Below the pieces are notes generated by a model. It did no database searches. It was not told the DNA's origin and saw only the letters and a list, made by a program, of their open reading frames with translations. The translations under genes and the position numbers were made by a program. A stretch of 58,656 nt of DNA from Girardia tigrina (lineage: Eukaryota): contig MQRK01230279.1 of the NCBI GenBank assembly GCA_001938485.1, positions 26,824 through 85,479 of the forward strand. Direction: 5' to 3'. This document shows positions 1 to 12,800 of this stretch, one piece after another (positions within the stretch are counted from its first letter, which is position 1; every line of letters starts with the position of its first letter).

Positions 1-22
1 TATATATATATATATATATATA
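1..22. repeat. (TA)n microsatellite
   Basis: Direct. Confidence 0.9.
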
Positions 23-266
23 TTGAATGTTAATGCTACTTGAAAGGGTTCACTTATTAAGTTATTTCTAAAAATCCAGTACCTGTCTCAAATTTTCTGT
101 TGATATTGCATGTTTTTCAATACGTATAATTACAATTCGAGTGATATAAATATATTGAATTATTTATATTATATAATTATAATATGATTTGTTAATTTGT
201 TAAATAATTATATTTACATTTAATAATATACTTATCTTTTGTTAACATTAAATTTTATATTTTTAG

Positions 267-474
267 GCAAATCTTTTGATGAATTACTTGCAATGGCCAG
301 TTGTGGTGATTACAAGAAGATAGACATGTTGGTAAAAGATATATATGGTGGTCCAAATGAAACGCTAGACTTACCAGGAGATTTGATTGCAAGTTCTCTT
401 GGACAAGCTGCTAAAGCAAGTGACAGTTTTTCGAAAGAAGATGCGATGAATTCTCTACTTTTAACTATTAGCAA
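267..474 (+). CDS. PANK4: PANK4 exon (KSFDELL...LLLTISN)
   Basis: ttttag acceptor, gtgata donor; [10 protein letters not shown]...IASSLGQA PanK motif. Confidence 0.92.
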
Positions 475-3400
475 GTGATAAATAATTATTATAACCATCT
501 TTTATAACTATTGAATTATTAAATTCAAATAAAATAAAAGTTTAAAATAAAATTTAATTATTTAAATTTAGTATTTTAAGCCACAAGTCATTCGTATTAA
601 TTTTCCTGCAAGAAATTGTTTTTTCTCTTAATAGTTCCAAACTTACGAAAAAAGTAATGTATCCGTATTCTTTCAGTTGTTAAATTATTAGATCGGTACG
701 AAATTTTTGCATTTTTTTATGTGTACATTTTTCGTCTCATTTTTCTTAAAAAATATTCATTTAATAATTTGTTTTAATATACTGTTTTAGGACAATTTTT
801 CTGCTCTATGAAGTGACATTGTTTTCTCAAAAACTTAATCTTTTCATATTAGGTTGTTCTAAAAGTTCCCGGTCAAGAATGAAAAATACAATTTTTTGTG
901 CAAAAATTTATTTTAAATAAATAACAATTAATCTTCAAAAATTTTAAAAAGCATATTAACATTAAAATATTTTACCTTTTAAATTAAAAAATAATAAACC
1001 ATTCTGGCGAGATGAAAATTTAAATTAACCCCTCATACAAACATTTTTCTCTTATCTGTGTGTTGCAAATATTCGAATATTATTTACATTATGATTCTTA
1101 TTTAGGGAACTTTGCAAACACTTTACGAAAATTTCTTTCATCATTAATTTATACATATTTTTCATTCTCTTCATCTTTACACTTACAGCACAATGAAAAA
1201 CTATAACATAATGTACAGGTAGTCGTCGACTTACGACCTATGCAACTTACGACCATTCGACTTTACGACCACAATCGCTAGCCGCGGCGTACGACAGTGC
1301 ATACCAGGTTCCGGTAGCACTACCATATATGCGTGTACCGTTTCAACTGGATCTGGTCTGCAGACACTCCAGGCACCTCATGAGTTGTTTACAAGCAAAA
1401 AAAGAATTTATTTATTATAATTATTATAAATTAAATATTAATTACTTAATATTGATACTCATTTTTTCCTATTTTTAATTTAATTGTGAGTGTGAGAAAC
1501 TAATAGTACAAGACGTATTTAAATTGGTTTAATAAATATCTGTCTTAGATATTTTTCATCAAATCCCTCCAAAGATGTCTACCAAGAGGAAGTTGTCTTT
1601 GTCTATGCCTCAGCCTGCCAAGAAGGAAAGAAAGACCATCGATCTCGATACGAAAATGAATGTAATTAAGCAGTACGAAGGAGGAAAGAAAGTGAATGTG
1701 ATCGCACGTGATATGAAGTTATCACACTCGACTGTGTCGACGATTTTGAAAGATAAAGAAAGAATTTGTGAAGCTGTGAAAGATTCTGCACCCATGCGAT
1801 CAACAGTTATAACAAAGAAAAGAAGCGGGCACATCCACGAAATGGAGAAATTGTTATATATTTTGATGGAAGAACAAATTCAAAAACGGACACCATTAAG
1901 TCTTTTTACTGTGCAGATGAAGGCGAGAAGTATATTTCAGACACTGAAGGAGCGTGCTGGAGAAGATTGCAGTCAAGAATTTTTAGCAAGTACTGGCTGG
2001 TTCCAGAGATTCAAGAAAAGATTTCAAATGCATAGTGTTCGAGTGACTGGAGAAGCAGCGAGTGTAGATGAGGAAGGAGCACGTACGTTTGTTGATAGTC
2101 TGGATAAATTAATTACAGATGAGGGATATCTAACAGAACTGATTTTCAATGTTGATGAAACTGGATTATTTTGGAAACGAATGCCAGCACGCACTTATAT
2201 TCACAAAGAGGACAAAAGCATGCCAGGATTTAAAGCATATAAGGATAGGCTAACTCTGCTGCTTGGTGGAAACATCGCAGGGTTTAAGCTGAAGCCGTTC
2301 TTAATTTATCACTCAGAGAACCCGCGTGCGTTCAAAAATGTTAACAAGCACACACTGTCCGTCTACTTTCGTTCTCAACGTAAAGCATGGATGACACAAG
2401 GATTGTTTGAAGACTGGTTTATGAACTGTTTTATTCCTCAANNNNNNNNNNNNNNNNNNNNNNNNNNNNNNNNNNNNNNNNNNNNNNNNNNNNNNNNNNN
2501 NNNNNNNNNNNNNNNNNNNNNNNNNNNNNNNNNNNNNNNNNNNNNNNNNNNNNNNNNNNNNNNNNNNNNNNNNNNNNNNNNNNNNNNNNNNNNNNNNNNN
2601 NNNNNNNNNNNNNNNNNNNNNNNNNNNNNNNNNNNNNNNNNNNNNNNNNNNNNNNNNNNNNNNNNNNNNNNNNNNNNNNNNNNNNNNNNNNNNNNNNNNN
2701 NNNNNNNNNNNNNNNNNNNNNNNNNNNNNNNNNNNNNNNNNNNNNNNNNNNNNNNNNNNNNNNNNNNNNNNNNNNNNNNNNNNNNNNNNNNNNNNNNNNN
2801 NNNNNNNNNNNNNNNNNNNNNNNNNNNNNNNNNNNNNNNNNNNNNNNNNNNNNNNNNNNNNNNNNNNNNNNNNNNNNNNNNNNNNNNNNNNNNNNNNNNN
2901 NNNNNNNNNNNNNNNNNNNNNNNNNNNNNNNNNNNNNNNNNNNNNNNNNNNNNNNNNNNNNNNNNNNNNNNNNNNNNNNNNNNNNNNNNNNNNNNNNNNN
3001 NNNNNNNNNNNNNNNNNNNNNNNNNNNNNNNNNNNNNNNTTCACCACTAAGGGATTATCAGAAGGTTTATCTTTACTGAATAAACTTCTTATACATTTCA
3101 GTGCAATGGACCCAAACATCGAACGATTTGCAAGAATTGAACGGATGGCGCATGATGTATTTCGTCCGTATCGTGAAATTTATGAAGAAAAAAAGAAACA
3201 AACAATTCAGACAAAGCTCACAATGTTTATGAAAAAACCAACTCCGGTAACCCCAACTGCTGCCTCAGATGACGACATCAATGATCCGCAGCCAAGCACC
3301 TGCAGCCAATAAAATGTTTCATACATGTCTATATATTTGTATATGTTATGTTTTGCAATTGGAAAAATGTTTCCTATTGTATTTTTTAAACCTGTATTTT

Positions 3401-6400
3401 GTAATTTTGTATGTTTTGCAAATATTAAACCAGTTGTACCAGTTGCACAGTACTGTACATATAGCCTACTCAACTTACGACCAAATCGTGTTACGACCGG
3501 TCTGTCGGAACCAATCGTGGTCGTAAGTCGACGACTACCTGTAGTTTATGTTGTAATCAGTTTTTGATTTCAAGTTTTGTATAAAATTTATTTTCAGAAA
3601 AAAAGCATTTATAGAAGAAAGAAAATTTATTAATTAAATAAAATTATCAATATCGAACAATAATGTTATTTATTTGTTTTAAAATTCATAATTAATTTAT
3701 CTTTTATATTTTGTTCTCCCTTTACATTTAGAATTCCAATGAATAGAAACCAAAATTTTAATATTATGTAACTAAAATCATTTGGATCAATTCTTCGAAT
3801 GTTTAGTATAGTTTTATGTTTGATATTGAAATAATAAATATGTAATATAAAATATTTTAACATAATTTATTCACGAAAAGTTATAATTTAACATAAGGAG
3901 AAGTTAGTTATATAAAAAGAGCAAACACAATTAATTGAGAAACAAAAGAAAACTCGTCTAATTTATTTAACTTAAAAGTATATTTCCTCAATTATAATTG
4001 AGAAATAATAATTCTTACGAAAATTGATTTGATTATATATTATATTATTTTATATTTATCTTTTCTAAGTTCTTTAAACTGAATTTAAATTAATCGTTAG
4101 TATAAAATATGACCACAAATGAAACCTTAACATTGCATTGAGATAATGCTTACGCCATCTATGAAAATTTTACACAGAAGTCTTTTTTACAATTCAGTTT
4201 AATACATTTAATTGTTTGTTTTAAATTTATTTTTCTAAACTTCTGTTCTACAAAAGTTCTGCTGAAAATCCACTGAAAAAGTGAAACATAATATATTAAT
4301 TTAAATAAATACGTTGTGCGTTCATTAAGTAACCGGCCTGACAAAGAAAACGAATTCCCAAAACGGCATTTTTGTAACACGACAAGCTAACGAAGGTAGG
4401 CATCAGTTTTCAACATAATACTCAGTTGGTACCACACATTTCAGTTAACGAATAATCAACTCAGAAAACGCCGTTTTGAAAAATTCTGGAGGCATGCAAT
4501 GAAGAAATCCTTCACGGCAACCTTCAAAACGTCTTTGAATCGAAACTGTGTGCTTCTATAAGTGTCTGAAGAGAAAAATATTTCGCTGCAAAATCTATAC
4601 TGTACGAAGGAGGATCTACAAGCACTAGTCTAGCACCTTCAATTGTAGCCCGAGAAATACCCACTGTGTGCACTGGCTCATTGTCTTGGAGAAACTAGAA
4701 TGGCGTGTTCTTCTGTTTCCGTCTATTCTTTCTAGTGGTTGCCTTTATCCGCGAAATCTATGAGAATAGCACCTTTATGATCCCGGAAAATGGGAAGCAT
4801 CATCGCTTGTCCACGTTCGCATCTTCAAAGATGGCTTCTTTCCAGGCAATTTTCACTCTACTGACTCACGTTTTATTTCTGGCAAATACATACTTAGTAT
4901 GATTTCATCCTCCGTAATTACATTTGCCTGAAAAGTTCAAGTTGTTCTGACTGCACTTCAAGCGGTTTCTCATCATTTTACCATTCAGGAGCTCAGTTTA
5001 ATGATACCCATGGATTTCAATTTGGCGTGGGCTGTACCAACACTAATATTGATCTTCGTTGACAGCATTCTAATGGTACTTCAACGGGTTACATGACACC
5101 TCAGCACATGACATTTCAGCACATCCAACTCAACTCATGACACTTCATCACATGACTACTTCATCACGTGACATCTCATCACATCATACTTCATCACATT
5201 CACATTACATCGCCGATAAATGTTAAAAAAATTTTGAGGTACATTTAGAAATAATATATTATTAATATATACTTATTTTATTTTAATTGAATTGAAAATT
5301 TAATGAGGAAGTTTCAAAATATTTTAAACACATTTCTTAAATTAAATTTTGAGAATGTTTTGCTCGGAAAAATTTTAAAATAAAGTTTAAACTCATAAAA
5401 ATGGACATCTTATTGTAAAGTAATATTCATGAATTTTAATCAAAACCATTTGCTAATTTAAAATATGTTTTACAATTAAAATAAAATAAGTATATAATAA
5501 TAATATATTATTTCAAAATCTACCTCAAAAAATTTTAACATATCAGCGATGTAATGTGAATATGTTGAAATTAACAATGTGATAAAGTGGGATATGATGA
5601 GATGTTAGGTGATGATGTAGTCGTGTGATGAAGTATCATGTGTTGAAATGTCATGTGATGAGATGTCATGTGTTGATGTGTCATGACACGAATTCGACGT
5701 ACTTCTTTGATCATATTCTCCAATTCTTCATGAACTGTGTCAAAAAGGCTATGATATTTGATGTCTAAAATCATCGCACTAACAAAAATTTTAATGCTTT
5801 TGGTAAAATAGAACAATTACTGAAATTAAAACATATTCATTTATTTATTCACACAAAAAAACTAAAATTTACAATTACATTTTTTACCTTAGATTGGGTA
5901 CATATTGAACGCATCATGTATAGTATATTATTTTTTTAACTTAAGAATTTAAATTAAATGATTTTAATTTTATAAATGACAATTTCGAAATTCAAACATT
6001 TTTCCTGTTTAAATTAACGTAAAAATGAAACCTAATGTTCCTTCCTTAAATATCATTGTACTCGGTATTGTACTTTTGACAATTTAACTCAAGTAGAAAA
6101 TATTAGTTGTTTTCAAGAATTAAGTTTTTTAATTTCGTTTAGGTTATTTTGAATAAAACATTTGGTTCCTTGTTTTTGAATTAATTAATTGCGAGGGATA
6201 AAAGCTATAAATACCGAAAACGGGTTTAGAAATAAAAGTATAATTAAGGAAAATAATGTTATTCAATCACTTTATGGTGCTGGCGTGTCTGACAGATCAG
6301 AGATGTTTTTATCAAAATTCATACAACAGTGATAAAATGATACATGCAGGATTCTGGCCGACAGAGAAATAATTGATTTTTCTGTAATTGGAAAATATAT

Positions 6401-6812
6401 TAAATATGGAATTATAAATATTCTGCTTCTGTAAATCATATATGATCTGTAAATCATATTTTTTACATGTATTGTGTTATTTGATTAATCGATTAAACAG
6501 ATTTTTGATATATATTTTTGAGTTTATATTTTTATTCTATTATAAAGTTGAGCCTATAGTTGAGTCATTTATTTATTTTTTGGTGCGTATAAATCCAATT
6601 TAATTTTTTCTTTATTCAATATCACACTGAAATAGATTACATATAGGAAATTTGATTATGATTTCTTTTTAAAGAAACAAAACGGTCTTTAGGATGAAGT
6701 TGGTGATGAGTCTGACTCGTTAAAATCTTTTTGGCTTAAAAACGAATGAAAAGTCTGACTCTCCAAAAGATGCAAAATTGTTTATCATTGTAGTGACCTC
6801 CAGTTAAAAAAA

Positions 6813-6861
<49 letters not shown>

Positions 6862-9800
6862 GCATATATAATTAAATATTTGTTTGTTGTTTACTAGTCT
6901 CATGTTAGCTGTGATGTATGATTGGTGACTTCAGGGCTTCATACATGTATGCAAGTGTGTCATGTCTTGTTCCTTTTTTGTTTTTATGATTTTAGTCATT
7001 TACTACTTCAAATTAACTCATGATTATAAAGAGAATTTCTTTGAAAATGTCTACTTTCGTCAAGCGATAGAAAACTCCAAAATGTTGCTAAATGAGAATG
7101 TTAGAATATTACATCTCGGAAATGAATTTTAATGTTTAATTCCATTCCACTAACGAAATTTTCTTTGGATTCTCCAAGCAAATAACGAATAGAAAAACTC
7201 GGAAACAAGCTCATGAAAACAATTGTAAAAAGATCATTTTTAAATTGTATCATATTTATTGTCAGAGTTTTTAATAAGTGTTCAGCTCAATCTGATTTCC
7301 TATATAAATATTTTGACATTAAAGGTTTACATGATTTGCCATGTGATTCCAGTACAGAATATCAGGATTCTGTTATAATGAATAATTATGTAATTCAAGA
7401 AGATTTACTTTGAAAATTGTCACTAAACCGTTTAGGAATTATTAAAAAAGATTGTCTCTGACGAAAGTATCAAATAAAAAATTCATCGTCGAATACATAT
7501 GGATATTACTATTAGAAATATCATTTAAAAAAGAAAATCAATAAAAAAATTAATAAAAATAAGAATAATTAATTATGGAATTATGGAATGAATTTGTAAT
7601 GTACAAAAATGTTATCAAAAATTAAAGTTTGTTCTACAACTGTGTTATTTTTTTATTTTTGAATATTATTTTTCTGTGTTATTAGACAACTAGGTTCATC
7701 AAACACTGTTTTATTTGATTAATCTAGTTTGTTCATTGTTAATTATTTTGTTTATAGTAAAAGTAATGGATTTATTACCTATCAGTTAATTCATCGAATT
7801 CATTACTTTTACAATCATGTAATAAGTAATAAAACCACGTGTTTGTATAAAAAGGTATACATCGTATAATAGAATAACTTCAAGAAAATAATTTTAAATA
7901 ACAAATACTAATAAAAAAGGAAAAACGAATGATCGATATGATAATTACTTGACGTTCCATAACTTTAATGACTTACCAAACAAAATATGAACATTTTTCC
8001 ATAAATATTTGTTATAACATCAAGTATTATGACAATGAACGTAAACACATTTAAGAAATAAATCTTACGAAAGTAGTATTCGGGAAATCTCACTCACTCC
8101 AGATTCTCATATTCTTCTTGATTCGTATAGTTGTGTTACATAGCCTTTCTTGGTTGGTTAGGCGATCTTTCTAGTTAATTCCATTAACTAACGAGACTCT
8201 TGCAAGTTAAATCGTACATGTTTGCCAAATTGTATATGCTGACTTCTTAGATGAATAAATTGTTTTGCTAAATGTAATGGAGCAATAACAAGTCTGTGAT
8301 ACCCTTAGATGACCGGGACCACATATACATTACATTTCAAGTACCCAACAAATTTTATTATTAGATATATATATGAGTGGTTAAACTATGGAATCACTGA
8401 CAAAGTTTTGGATCACTTACTATTTTTTTCAATTTCTTTAATGCTTAAAATTATTGTTTTCTATCAAATAAGTATAACATTAATATTTAATTATTTTTCA
8501 CTTTCCAACGGCGGTATCAAGGACAAGAAGTGTATAAGGTAGAAATATACCACTTAGCAATAGAAAAATTTGTTAAAATTACTCTTTTAAATTCAACCTA
8601 CTATGATATAAAAACATCGTCAATGTATTCCGGCCGCTCTACAATGGGATCCTGGTACGGGATCTTCATATAACTAACGATAATTCTGCCTATGAATGTA
8701 ACTGTTTTTCTAATGCTAATGTCCTCTTTTGATGTTTCATATTTTAAAAGTTTATTGGAAAATTTAGCCACTTTCAAATTTGGATATTCAATATTTGAAA
8801 ATCTCGTTTCTTTTTTTAGTTTTAAGTAATATTACTAATTTGTTAATATTCTTACACAAATGACGTTAAATCTCTAGAGGGTATGGAACTTCTACTTGTA
8901 CATATTTTATATATTTTTGTTGTTGATTTGATCAGTTTTTCTAAATTTATATTCACTTTTAATTTATGTCAATAATAAATTTAGCTTTATTTAACGTTGT
9001 TTTCCATTCTGTCGTGTTGGTCAACCTATCTTATTTATTATTCTTTTCTTTACCATTTTAATATAAAAATATTTTTGTTTTTTATTTTAAGTTGTCTTTT
9101 TAGTAATATCGGTCAGTTGTCTTACCTTTACGCTCAATTGTGTCACGTTGAACGGATAATATTTGGGGGCTTCTTTACAAGAGGTCATATTCAGACCATG
9201 AAAGTAAATATTATTATAATATATTATATTATTATATTTTTTTAAAAATTAATATTAAATTGTAATTTGTAAATTGCAAATATGTATATAAAATGACACT
9301 GATAATTTTTTCTGTCCTGTAAGTAGCAGCTTTAGTCGTCGATATACGCTAGTTTCATGTTGCGTAAATAATTATCAAATTCAGTTGGGTGGTCTGTTCC
9401 ATTCCATGATTTTTAAAAGCAAATTTTTTTACTTGTATCTTATTTAATCACCGAAATATAATAAAATTATATTTCTTAAATAGTTTCACAATTTAAAATG
9501 AAAGAACATTGATGTGTTAAAATAGCCCCATTAAAAATTTAGTTTACTATTAGAAATAGCATTGTCCTTAAACACCATTAAAGAACAATTTAAACATTTA
9601 CTTTGTTTTAAGATCCACATACATTATTAAGAACACTAATAGGATTTTTTATACATTTGTATCACAACTTGAATTGCCACTAGGATACTTCTCTATGAAA
9701 CTTTCGTAGCAAGTCATCGTTCTTGATTGATAAATTTAATTCTATTTCTCAACGTCTTATTATTTAAACAAATTTAAATTAGAATTTATTTACAATTCGA

Positions 9801-12800
9801 TTTCAAAATAATTTATAATATAAATTAAAAAAATGATTTTAATTATTTTAAAAAATATTTTGGATATATTAATTTAATTTTAAAATTAGTTATTTAAATT
9901 TTAAAATTGAATAAATAATTCGACGTTGCAAAATATTTAAAATATCAATCTTCCATCTGGGTGGGAGAAACAATCCTAAAACAACATACAATAAGCACCA
10001 TTCAAAATATTTCTCACAGACATGATTCTTCTTTACTAATGTAGAGAAATACCACTAATCGACTCCTATTTTTATAAAATAAGAAATCACAATGGAAATC
10101 TTTTGCAGAGGATCATCACAATTATCTTAAGGTTGTTATTCGTGTTTCATAAATCGATAATTTACTTTTATGATTAATGTAGAAATATAAAAATAGAATA
10201 TGTCTGCGTGGTTAATATTATTCCTCCCTAGCAAATTTCTTTTTAATTATTATTTTTGCATTCTGTCCTAACACCACACAACAAAAGAAACCAGAAAAAG
10301 AAAAGACAGTTTCTTATTTCCAAAATACATTTAACGGATGTTTTGTTTAATTAGGTCATTTTAAAAAATTAACAAAATTAATAAGTTGAAAAACAATTTT
10401 CAATCAACATTTCGAACTGGTCAGGTGCGCTCCATAATTTGTCGATAAATAAATCTTGTAAATGTGATTTCTTTTGTTGATATTATACCGATTGTATGTA
10501 TGTGGTTGGAATGATAAGATTCAACAGGAAATATAAAATATTAAATATTTTAAAACTCCATTAACGATTCGAGAATGAACAGGTGACGTTCAATACCGAA
10601 ACACCGTTTCTTTGGATGTTTTCAGGGTATATAGAAAATACGTCCTACACATTCGACCAGTCCGCTCTATTCTCAGCGGGTATTTAATCACCCGATTACC
10701 AATAGTGTGTAGAGCAAATATCCGACAGATCAGAGGGCCTAAACGGGTGATAACACAGCATCTAAATTCAGAAATAATAATGTTATAGTGGAGGTTGGCC
10801 GTAACCCCATCGGTAATACTGATGGAATTTTTATTATTTTAAGACTTAGTGAGTTTCTGAAAAGTTATGTGAAGATTGTCAGCTTAAAACGGATTGTTAG
10901 TAATATAATTGGTTAAGATTAAAGATTTTCTCGATCTATTATTTTAATTAAGTTCTGACAGGGAATATCGAATGACGATTTTGTTCGCTTCTACTTTTTT
11001 ATGGTAATAATTTTGTTCAAATTTCTATAAAAAAATAATTTTTAACTTTCACTTATCTTTTTTCACTAATCTTCTTCAGTTTTATTTGAAACATTTTAAT
11101 CTTAAATCTATAATATCAAAACAAGTTTTATTTTGTGACCATTTTTTTCTATTTATGTATTTATTTTATATTGTGACACGATTATATTTAAGTTTTTAGA
11201 TTATTAGTTCGTCTGTAAATTATTGGTCAAAAAATAAAATTCGTGCTTTATTTCTTCGCCATGAAGGTTATGTTGGAGCAATTGGTGCTTTTTTAAAGCC
11301 GTTTGGAAAATCTACTTCATCGATGGATTCGCAGACGCAAATTGAGGCGTATAATATTATGAATAGTTCATGGCTAGAAAACTATGCTGGTTCAGCCTCA
11401 TTTTTGAATGTGAAGGAAAGGAACAATAAAATTTCAGATGAAAAGTATTTCAAATTTGATTAGCAATTTTGTTTAATAAATAATGTAAAGGTGTCGAGAA
11501 GATTCCAAAAACATAAAACCAAAGCATAGCTCTCTAATTTCAAAATCGTTAGAAGATATAAGCGTGAGTTCGAAGACATTGATAGGCTTTGAAACTCGAG
11601 AATTAGAGTGTACAGATGATCGATTGGAAGTTTTCAAGTTATTGTACTCTCCTCAAACTTACGTTCCGGATTCTTGGGATTTAACGAGTGATGATGAAGC
11701 TCGATTATACTGGTTAAAATGCTTTAAGGTGTTTATTTTTTTCAAGTAATTCATCAAACTTGTTGAAAGATTTTGTGTGAGACAGTAATTGTATAATTAA
11801 TTGTTTACATATGTGGTGGCAATAAAGTCACTATACAGTTAAAATAATTATATTTAAAATACAATTAACAGTAACAACGACAACTTAACGGTAATAAAGT
11901 CCCTAATTGTTATGTTCGAATTGCAGACCATTTGCTTGAATGCATTCCTCGCAACGTGAAACGACACTTCTACAAATGCTCCGAAAAACATGTTAATATG
12001 GTATTCTAACCGTATAATGACTTTATTGCCATCCTATATATAAGCTTAACAACTATGATCAGAAGTTGCTGATGTAAATTGATATTCCGTTGAAAAATTG
12101 CCATAATAAAATGTTATATAACAAAATGACGTTTTTGAATTTCTAAAAACAATTTGTCATTGTTGTTCAGATTTGTGTCAATTTTTTTATTTTAAAAATG
12201 CAACTGATTAGGGGCTGTTCATTTAATGTGTAACGTAAAAAATCGGAATTTTTGACCCCCCACCCTCAAATGTTACATAACACCAAACTTTCTAGTTCTC
12301 AAACTTTTATTTAATAATCCAAAAAATAAATTATTTCATTTCATTCACTCAGCTAGCTTTCTACCTTATTTGTTCTCCTCTCTAGGGCAAACGAAATGAG
12401 TATCCAAACTTTAAGTAAATCTAGTTCTCTTTTGATTTACTAGTTGACATTAAAATTATTTTACCGTATTCTGAGAATTTCATGAAAGAACGAAATTTTT
12501 ATAATGTATTTTTTTACTTAGAAATTTCTTTTTTTTCTACATTGAATTCACTAAACTTTCACTAATTTAAATATAATCGATACATACCACAAATTTTCGG
12601 TGCGACAAATAACCAAAATTTAATTAATTCTTTTTAAAATGTGTCTCGCTTGCTTCTTTATTCGCTGAAGGTTAACAAAGAAATGAAACTTAATTGTTTC
12701 AGTAGATGAATGTGAAGTGTTAGTATGTGAATTCGAAAATACCTTCGGCAATACCGATATAAATTTTTTGAGCTCACACTATTAATGATAATTTCCTAAT

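Noticed and set aside
2442-3039. Long poly-X ORFs across N runs (also 23047-23510, 47195-47244)
   Set aside because: Assembly gaps; ORF length is an artefact
5091-5200. Regular ~15-nt repeats resembling a CRISPR-like array
   Set aside because: No unique spacers; mirrored at 5580-5690 as TIR subrepeats; eukaryotic context
7020-7500. Possible CR1/L2 RT tail (ILHLG, VRVFN) and CTGACGA
   Set aside because: Too decayed; no hammerhead stems
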